Shown here in pieces: positions 51,785 to 58,582 of a DNA stretch of 58,582 nt. Location of the stretch: positions 191,716 to 250,297 of the forward strand of contig JAZKFG010000002.1 in the NCBI GenBank assembly GCA_040386515.1. The letters run 5' to 3'. Every line of letters starts with the position of its first letter. Position 1 is the first letter of the stretch. Origin of the DNA: Patescibacteria group bacterium. GTDB lineage: Bacteria; Patescibacteriota; Minisyncoccia; Phycocordibacterales; CAIZLB01. Below the pieces are notes generated by a model that ran no database searches, was not told the origin of the DNA, and saw nothing but the letters and a program-made list of their open reading frames with translations. Position numbers and translations under genes: made by a program.

Positions 51785-53260
51785 ATGGAACCCTCTACAC
51801 ATGACGAACGACAGGATCGTATTAATAAATTAAAAGCTATACAAGATACCGGAGTTATTGCATTTGCAGATAAATTCGACAGAAGTGATTTGTTGGCGGC
51901 TGCCAAACAGCAGGCAGAAGGAACACGTGTGCGAGTGTGCGGACGAATTGTTTTTTTACGAAATATGGGAAAGTTAGCATTTATAAAATTACAGGACTTT
52001 TCTGGACAGCTTCAAATCGTTGCTAAAGCTGATGTTTTGAATGAAGAATTTGACAAGCTTGTTGACATGATTCATGTAGGAGATTTTATCGGCGCTGAGG
52101 GAAATATTTTTACAACTCAAAAAGGAGAAATCTCTGTGCTCGTAGAAAAGTTTTCATTTCTATCAAAGTCGCTTCGACCACTTCCTGAAAAATGGCATGG
52201 ACTTACTGATACTGAAACAGTATACAGAAAAAGATATTTGGATTTGATTAGTAATACTGAAACAATGGACAGATTTAAATTCCGTTCAGATTTCCTTCGA
52301 GAGCTCCGAAATTTTTACAATAAATATAACTTCGTAGAAGTTGATACTCCAGTTCTGCAGACTTCTGCATCAGGTGCACTTGCAAAACCGTTTATAACGC
52401 ATTACAACGCGCTTGATATGGATGTATATCTTCGAATTGCCCCAGAGATTTATCTTAAGGAAGCGATAGTTGGAGGATTTGATCGTGTATTTGAAGTAGC
52501 TCGAGTATTTAGAAATGAAGGAATGGATGCGAGTCACTTGCAAGAATTTACTATGATAGAGCACTATGCATCATATTGGGATTATGAGGATAATATGAAA
52601 TTCACAGAAGAAATGTTTGTGGAGGTTGTAAGTAAGCTCAAAGGAAGTATGACTATTGAGTGTATGAACCGAGATGGTGAAATGGTATCTGTTGATCTTA
52701 CACCGCCATGGGATAGAAAAACATTTAGAGATCTTCTTATAGAAGATTGTGGAATTGATATTGATTTGTATCCCGAAACCGAAACTCTTAAAGCGGCTAT
52801 TCAAAAACTTGGTATTCAACTTAAGGATATTGATACGCTTGGACGAGGAAATATGATTGACTCATTGTATAAAAAAGTATCACGACCAAAGCTTGTGAAG
52901 CCGACTTTTTTGACACACCATCCAATAGATATTTCTCCGCTTGCAAGAAAAAACGATGACAATCCGCTTGTGACTGATAGATTTCAGCTTGTGCTTAATG
53001 GGTGGGAAATCGTGAATGCATATAGTGAGCTTGTTGATCCTATTGATCAGGCAGAGCGATTTGCAAAACAAGGAGAATATAGAGAAGGTGGGGATGAAGA
53101 GGCTATGCAGAAAGATGATGAATATGTAGAAGCGATGGAGCATGGTATGCCGCCAATGTCAGGATGGGGAATGGGAGTTGAGCGAGTTGTGGCGTTGCTT
53201 ACAAATCAGCCTAACTTGAGAGATGTGATTTTGTTTCCTTTGTTAAAGCCTAAAGCTTAA
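51785..53260 (+). CDS. lysS: Lysyl-tRNA synthetase, class II
   Basis: 491 aa with an OB anticodon-binding domain and class II motifs (FRNEG, GMGVERV). TGcTATAAT at 51769-51777 ends 8 nt before the ATG. Confidence 0.93.
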   Translation: MEPSTHDERQDRINKLKAIQDTGVIAFADKFDRSDLLAAAKQQAEGTRVRVCGRIVFLRNMGKLAFIKLQDFSGQLQIVAKADVLNEEFDKLVDMIHVGDFIGAEGNIFTTQKGEISVLVEKFSFLSKSLRPLPEKWHGLTDTETVYRKRYLDLISNTETMDRFKFRSDFLRELRNFYNKYNFVEVDTPVLQTSASGALAKPFITHYNALDMDVYLRIAPEIYLKEAIVGGFDRVFEVARVFRNEGMDASHLQEFTMIEHYASYWDYEDNMKFTEEMFVEVVSKLKGSMTIECMNRDGEMVSVDLTPPWDRKTFRDLLIEDCGIDIDLYPETETLKAAIQKLGIQLKDIDTLGRGNMIDSLYKKVSRPKLVKPTFLTHHPIDISPLARKNDDNPLVTDRFQLVLNGWEIVNAYSELVDPIDQAERFAKQGEYREGGDEEAMQKDDEYVEAMEHGMPPMSGWGMGVERVVALLTNQPNLRDVILFPLLKPKA

Positions 53261-53322
53261 GTTGTATAATAATTTATATTTTCTTTTGAAATACTCTATC
53301 AGGATTCTGTTAGAGTATTTTA

Positions 53323-53838
53323 GTGATTAAGGTATATATTGATATGGCAAATTTAATGAGTGAATGTCGTGTAAAAAATATTATTATCGATATGAATTCT
53401 TTTTATGTTTGGATTAATGATGTGTATAAAGCCACTGATGTTACTATTTTCACTGGTTACTTGTCTAAGTATGCATCAGAGTACAGGTTGAATAAAAAAA
53501 TCGGATACACATATATTTTTAAAGAAGCAGTATTTAATAAAGATGAATCAAAAATAAAGGCCAATTGTGATGTTGATATTGCAATCGAAGGAGCTATTGA
53601 TTGTGTTGAAAATTATTTAGATATGGCAGTGTTAATTAGCAGTGATGGTGATTTTTTGAGTTTAATAAAATTCTGGCAAAGTAGAAATATAAAAGTAAGG
53701 CTTATTTCTCCAGCAGATCCAAATAAATGTTCATATCTTTTAAAGAGGATTAATATTCCTACCACTTATTTGTCTCAAGTGGTAGAAAAGTTTATCTATA
53801 CAAATGAAAAGGCCCTCGATGAAGACGAAACATCATAA
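53323..53838 (+). CDS. NYN/LabA-like domain protein
   Basis: 171 aa. VYIDMANL ... DVDIAIEGAID ... AVLISSDGDFLSLI ... IKVRLIS fits the LabA/NYN fold. GTG start, with TGtTAGAGT (53308-53316) ending 7 nt upstream. Confidence 0.65.
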   Translation: MIKVYIDMANLMSECRVKNIIIDMNSFYVWINDVYKATDVTIFTGYLSKYASEYRLNKKIGYTYIFKEAVFNKDESKIKANCDVDIAIEGAIDCVENYLDMAVLISSDGDFLSLIKFWQSRNIKVRLISPADPNKCSYLLKRINIPTTYLSQVVEKFIYTNEKALDEDETS

Positions 53839-53927
53839 AGGCCCTTTTCTTGGCGTGATTCAAGTATATCAAAACAAAGATGTCTGTCAATAATGAGTGT
53901 GCTATACTCTAAAAATAAGCTAAATAT

Positions 53928-54941
53928 ATGAAAAAAACTAACGAAACAATAGCATTGACGGGAGACCGACCTACAGGAAGACTACACTTAGGACATTATG
54001 TTGGTTCAATTCAAAATCGTATTGAAATGCAAAAAACAGCAGATCATGCATTTTATATGATTGCAGATGTTCAAGCCCTAACCGATAATGCTCATAATCC
54101 AGAAAAGGTAAGTGAAAATGTTATAGAGGTAATAATGGACAATATTGCATGTGGAGTTGATCCTAAAAAAACTACTTTTTTTATTCAATCTCAAATCCCT
54201 GAGATAGCAGAGATGACTGTTTTGTTTTTGAATCTTGTGACTGTTGCAAGATTAAAGAGAAATCCAACTGTTAAATCAGAAATGAAGCAAAAAGGATTTG
54301 GTGAGGATGTGCCTGCTGGTTTTTTATCATACCCTGTAAGCCAAGCTGCAGATATACTATTTCTTCGCGCAACAAAAGTTCCAGTAGGAGAAGATCAACT
54401 TCCTGTTATTGAACAGACAAATGAGCTTGTTAAAAAGTTTAATTCTATTTATGGAGATTTCTTTGCTGAAGCAAAGCCTGTTTTATCAGATGCAGGAAGA
54501 CTGGTTGGTACTGATGGTCAGGCAAAAGCAAGTAAATCATTAAACAATGCTATCTATCTTTCGGACGAAGATGATGTGATTGCAAAGAAGGTTATGGGAA
54601 TGTATACGGATCCTAATCATATTAAAGTTGAAGATCCTGGAAAAGTTGAAGGAAATACAGTGTTTACGTACTTAACAATATTTGACTCAAGAACTGAAGA
54701 AGTAGAAGAACTTAAAAAACAATATAAAAAAGGTGGTCTCGGGGACGTTGTGCTCAAGAAAAGACTTATACAGGTATTGCAGGATTTAATTGGTCCTATC
54801 CGAGAGAGAAGAAAGCTTTTAGAAAAAGATAAAAAAGCTGTTATGAAAATTGTTGAAAAGGGTACAAAAAAAGTACAAGGTATGGCTAAAGCATATATGG
54901 ATGAAATGAAAACACACATGGGTATTGGGTATTTTAATTAG
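53928..54941 (+). CDS. trpS: Tryptophanyl-tRNA synthetase
   Basis: 337 aa. TGDRPTGRLHLGHYVG (HIGH) and KASKS (KMSKS). Confidence 0.92.
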   Translation: MKKTNETIALTGDRPTGRLHLGHYVGSIQNRIEMQKTADHAFYMIADVQALTDNAHNPEKVSENVIEVIMDNIACGVDPKKTTFFIQSQIPEIAEMTVLFLNLVTVARLKRNPTVKSEMKQKGFGEDVPAGFLSYPVSQAADILFLRATKVPVGEDQLPVIEQTNELVKKFNSIYGDFFAEAKPVLSDAGRLVGTDGQAKASKSLNNAIYLSDEDDVIAKKVMGMYTDPNHIKVEDPGKVEGNTVFTYLTIFDSRTEEVEELKKQYKKGGLGDVVLKKRLIQVLQDLIGPIRERRKLLEKDKKAVMKIVEKGTKKVQGMAKAYMDEMKTHMGIGYFN

Positions 54942-54962
54942 TTTAAGGGTATAATACCCCTC

Positions 54963-57278
54963 ATGAACCTCACAGACATTTCATCTGGACTTACGTCAGA
55001 ATACGTAGCGATACATCACGAAAAGAAACGTAAAAAAGGAAATAAATCGCTCATGCTCGCATTAGAAATATTGAAAGGCCAAGTGTCTTCAATATTTTTC
55101 GTATTGCTTCTGTGTTCAGCGATATTATCCTTCATTCTCGGATCAATTGTGGACGGATGGATATTTGTCATCATAAACCTCATCAGCGTATTACTCGGTT
55201 TCATACAAGAGTTTCGCGCATCGAAAGCAAGTCAGCTCCTTGAAAGCCTTATTTCTCATGAGGCAACTGTTAAGCGAGATGGACTTATTATGAAAGTGGC
55301 AAGCGGAGATATTGTCGAAGGAGATATATGTATTGTGGTTTCTGGCGATGTCCTTGTTGCAGACGTGTTAGTTCGCGAATCTTTTGACGCATTTGTTGAT
55401 ATGTCAGTGCTTACTGGCGAAAGTCTGCCGATAGAAGTAATTGCAGATCAGAAACTTTTAGCAGGATGCAGTCTTGCATCAGGAAGAATGACAGTGCAAG
55501 TGGTATCAAGTGCTGAACAAAATTCTCTCACTGCATACAGCGACAAATTAAGCTCAATTAAAAAGAATAATAGTTTTACCCGATTTGTATCAAATATCAG
55601 CATGCAAATATTATTGCTTGCGCTTGTGAGTATTTTCCTTGTCGGGTTTTTTGGACTAGTTGTATATGAAAAATATACAATATCTGAATTCATCTTGTAT
55701 GCTATTTCAATGCTTGTAGGCGTAGTGCCAGAATCATTGCCGCTTATCATAACACTCATGCTTACACGTGAATCACTTGCAATGTACAAGGAAAAGGTTC
55801 TGGTAAAACGCTTATCAGCCTTGCAGCAGCTTGGCTCTATAAAATATCTGCTTACAGATAAAACAGGAACTTTGACTGAAAATAGTATACGAGTAAATCA
55901 GATCTTTGATGTATCAGATCTTACACAAGTTGCAGATGCTATATCGCTTTCTGAATATAATAAATCTCCTATGGATGCTGCGTTTGATACTGCCATCATT
56001 GCGCACAACAATACGGTTGATACAAATACTGAACAGCCTACAGTTACTCCATTTAAGTCAACAGTAGGATATGCTTCTTTCGAATTTGATAACACTACAA
56101 TTATTCGTGGTCAGTACAATGCGGTGATTACAGCCTCTAATATATCGCCTGAAGAAAGAAAACGATTCGATGAACAGTATGTTGTATTTGAAAGCCAGGG
56201 ACTTCGAGCAATTGCATTTGCTTCAAAAAAAGCGGGTGAATCACAGTTCGTATTCAATGGAATGTATGTGTTCGAAGATCCTCTCAAAGAAGATGCAATT
56301 GCTTCATATCATGCTATTAAAGACATGGGTATTGATGTCAAGATTTTGACAGGCGATTCTGCACTTGTATCAACATATATTGGTAAAAAATTAAATCCTG
56401 ATATGACAGAGAATTCAGTTTGTTCACTTGATAAGATTAAAGTTGAAGATAGCGGAACAACATGTGATATTTATGCGAGATGTCAGCCTGATCATAAGCT
56501 TGCCCTTATTGATATATATGAGAAAAAAGGAGCGGTTGGATTTCTTGGGGAGGGTATTAATGATGCACTGGCGCTTAAAAGAGCTGATGTTGGAATGGTG
56601 GTATACAATGCAAGCGATGTGGCGCGGCAATCAGCAGATATTTTTCTTATGGAAAAAGGGTTAAAACCAATTCTCACTGCTATTTCAATGAGTAGAAAAG
56701 TATATGCACATATTTTTACATATTTGCTGTGTACACTTACGGGGAATATAGGAACGCTCTTTTCGCTTACTGTTGTAACGCTATTCTGGGTTGATATTCC
56801 AATGCTTCCAATACAGATTTTGCTCAATAACTTGCTTACCGATATTCCTCTTATGTTCTTGATTAGCGACAATTTAAGTAAGGAAGAGTATGATAAGCCA
56901 GTAGAGCATTCACCTCGCGAATTCTTTAAAAAAGTGGCACTGTTTGCCTTTATCAGTTCTGTCTTCGATATGACATATTTCTTCCTATTTAATCATTATG
57001 ATATTGAAATATTTAGAACAGGATGGTTTGTCTTCAGCGTATTGTGTGAATTAGTACTTGTTCTTACTCTTCGAGGAAAAACAAAAATGTCTCTCTCACT
57101 TAAAATAGCCTTACTAAGTGCTGGTGCGCTTGCAATTGCACTCCCATATCTTCCTGTAATTTCTACGGCGTTTGCATTGTACCCACTTAATCCTGTACTT
57201 ATGGCCTCACTTGCAATTCTCCTTGTAGCATATTTTGTAGTTAATCAGATTGTGAAAAAAGTATCAATGCGTACCTAA
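54963..57278 (+). CDS. Cation-transporting P-type ATPase (P2/P3-like, Ca2+/Mg2+ type)
   Basis: 771 aa. TGESLP, DKTGTLTEN (phosphorylation site) and GEGINDALALKRADVGM. TATAAT at 54950-54955 ends 8 nt before the ATG. Confidence 0.9.
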   Translation: MNLTDISSGLTSEYVAIHHEKKRKKGNKSLMLALEILKGQVSSIFFVLLLCSAILSFILGSIVDGWIFVIINLISVLLGFIQEFRASKASQLLESLISHEATVKRDGLIMKVASGDIVEGDICIVVSGDVLVADVLVRESFDAFVDMSVLTGESLPIEVIADQKLLAGCSLASGRMTVQVVSSAEQNSLTAYSDKLSSIKKNNSFTRFVSNISMQILLLALVSIFLVGFFGLVVYEKYTISEFILYAISMLVGVVPESLPLIITLMLTRESLAMYKEKVLVKRLSALQQLGSIKYLLTDKTGTLTENSIRVNQIFDVSDLTQVADAISLSEYNKSPMDAAFDTAIIAHNNTVDTNTEQPTVTPFKSTVGYASFEFDNTTIIRGQYNAVITASNISPEERKRFDEQYVVFESQGLRAIAFASKKAGESQFVFNGMYVFEDPLKEDAIASYHAIKDMGIDVKILTGDSALVSTYIGKKLNPDMTENSVCSLDKIKVEDSGTTCDIYARCQPDHKLALIDIYEKKGAVGFLGEGINDALALKRADVGMVVYNASDVARQSADIFLMEKGLKPILTAISMSRKVYAHIFTYLLCTLTGNIGTLFSLTVVTLFWVDIPMLPIQILLNNLLTDIPLMFLISDNLSKEEYDKPVEHSPREFFKKVALFAFISSVFDMTYFFLFNHYDIEIFRTGWFVFSVLCELVLVLTLRGKTKMSLSLKIALLSAGALAIALPYLPVISTAFALYPLNPVLMASLAILLVAYFVVNQIVKKVSMRT

Positions 57279-57307
57279 CACTTGCATTGATATGCTATAC
57301 TATGTGC

Positions 57308-57862
57308 ATGAAAAAAACATACATAGTAATAGGTATTTTAGTGCTTTTAGCAATTTGGCTCTTTAGCTCATACAACAGTATTGTAACTGAGCAGCAGCAA
57401 TACACTGCACAATGGGCACAGGTAGAAAATCAGTATCAAAGAAGATTTGATCTTATTCCAAACCTTGAGGCTACTGTAAAAGGATATATGAAGCAGGAGA
57501 CAGCTGTATTCACTGCTCTTGCCGAAGCTCGTACACGATATGCTGGCGCAGCTACACAATCAGAAAAAGTTGAGGCAACAAATCAAGTTGAATCATCTCT
57601 TGGAAGACTTCTTGTTGTAATGGAAAATTATCCAGTACTTCAATCAATAGGAGCTGTACAGAACCTTCAAGTAGAACTTGCTGGAACTGAAAACAGAGTT
57701 GCTGTTGAAAGACAAAAGTATAATGACACTGTTAAAAACTATAACCTTAAGGTGATGAGAATTCCTGGTTCAATATTTGCAAAAATATTTGGATTTGCAC
57801 AACAGCCATATTTTGAAGCTGTTTCAGGATCAAACGTTGCTCCTAAAGTTAACCTAGAATAA
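57308..57862 (+). CDS. lemA: LemA-family protein
   Basis: Trimmed to MKKTYIVIGILVLL. WAQVENQYQRRFDLIPNL and ENRVAVERQKYN are typical LemA motifs. TGcTATACT at 57293-57301 ends 7 nt before the ATG. Confidence 0.88.
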   Translation: MKKTYIVIGILVLLAIWLFSSYNSIVTEQQQYTAQWAQVENQYQRRFDLIPNLEATVKGYMKQETAVFTALAEARTRYAGAATQSEKVEATNQVESSLGRLLVVMENYPVLQSIGAVQNLQVELAGTENRVAVERQKYNDTVKNYNLKVMRIPGSIFAKIFGFAQQPYFEAVSGSNVAPKVNLE

Positions 57863-57870
57863 TAAGCCGT

Positions 57871-58582
57871 ATGAAGAAACTGTTTTACATATCAGTATTG
57901 TGTGTATGCAGTTTTTTTGTTGTACACACTAATGCACAGTCTGCTGATATAAAGCTGAATACATATGTGACGGATACAGCAAATATGATTCCTGATGATG
58001 TTCAAAGTGCTATTGAACAAAAGCTACAAGCGTTCGATGCATCAACAACAAATCAAATAGTCGTATTAACTATTTCTGAACTTCCGTCAGATGAGACTAT
58101 AGAAACATACGCATATAAAGTCTTTCAAAATAATGGCGTAGGACAAAAAGAAAAGAATAACGGATTATTGTTTTTGATTGCCTTGAATGATAGAAAGAAT
58201 CGAATAGAAGTAGGATATGGACTTGAAGGAGTGCTTCCTGATTCATTGACTGATATTATTCGGAGAAAATATATTACACCTGCATTTCAAGCAGGAGATT
58301 ATGGTAAAGGGGTTAATGATGCAGTTGATCAATTTATAGACGTAATTAGTAAAGGTGAGCCATATACTGGCCCTGTGGAGGGTTCTAAACAAGTTGATTG
58401 GGTAAATTTATTATTCCCGCTGCTGTTTGGAATAATAGTTCTCGGTCCACTACTCCTTGCTATTCCTGTTGGAATTTTGACATTGATGTCAAAAAGTAAA
58501 TCAACTTTTATGGGATTGTTCCTTGGTTTAGTTGGCTCAGTTATTTTATATCTGATAACTGGTATTGCACTAGTATTTATAT
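57871..58582 (+). CDS. TPM-domain (YgcG-like) membrane protein, 3' end outside the window
   Basis: My manual translation: signal peptide, then YVTDTANMIPDDVQSAIEQKL...NQIVVLTISELP...NNGLLFLIALNDRKNRIEVGYGLEGVLPD. This is the usual LemA partner. The ORF is open to the window end. Confidence 0.8.
   Translation, partial: MKKLFYISVLCVCSFFVVHTNAQSADIKLNTYVTDTANMIPDDVQSAIEQKLQAFDASTTNQIVVLTISELPSDETIETYAYKVFQNNGVGQKEKNNGLLFLIALNDRKNRIEVGYGLEGVLPDSLTDIIRRKYITPAFQAGDYGKGVNDAVDQFIDVISKGEPYTGPVEGSKQVDWVNLLFPLLFGIIVLGPLLLAIPVGILTLMSKSKSTFMGLFLGLVGSVILYLITGIALVFI

Overview
This is a low-GC, gene-dense window, judged by eye. Sampled 60-nt stretches of ordinary genes run about 25-40% GC. About 70 genes are present, almost all housekeeping. 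The content and style fit a small Patescibacteria/CPR-like genome: short intergenic gaps, two type IV pilin-like genes, many small membrane or secreted orphans, a minimal ProRS, and an RNR-Ndk operon. This placement is inference, because no rRNA lies in the window.

Recognisable content:
- SOS and replication: umuDC, lexA, dnaE.
- Nucleotide metabolism: a class I ribonucleotide reductase operon (the beta subunit carries an N-terminal ATP-cone) followed by ndk.
- Translation: infC-rpmI-rplT, rplI, rpmF, a nusB(-Nudix fusion)-rnc pair, infA, gltX, efp, proS, rlmH, lysS, trpS, tgt.
- Regulation: one OmpR/HK pair, one orphan response regulator and one orphan 7TM histidine kinase.
- Other: dnaJ, two PlsC-type acyltransferases, a P-type ATPase, LemA/TPM, and one type II tRNA.

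Observations not explained by routine annotation:
1. A GC-rich (~50%) two-gene island at 36.8-38.6 kb. It encodes a tandem MazG-like Cys-rich protein and a 246-aa orphan, bounded by GC-rich terminators. Its expression signals look foreign: a canonical -35/-10 promoter, a long structured leader, an SD-sequestering hairpin and an abutting uORF.
2. An unclassified, highly structured ~260-nt candidate ncRNA on the minus strand between tgt and dnaE.
3. A coherent LexA-box set (GTGAAC-N4-GTTCAC) at umuDC, the lexA operon and the RNR operon.
4. Pervasive leaderless promoter geometry: a -10 box, often TGn-extended, ends 7-8 nt before the start codon at 27 listed starts.
5. A tRNA-Ser-like gene whose anticodon reads ACU.
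6. A 21-nt sequence shared by two distant hairpin loops.

I saw no CRISPR array, reverse transcriptase, transposase, integrase or rRNA. All calls come from reading the sequence and translations by eye. No searches or folding programs were run.
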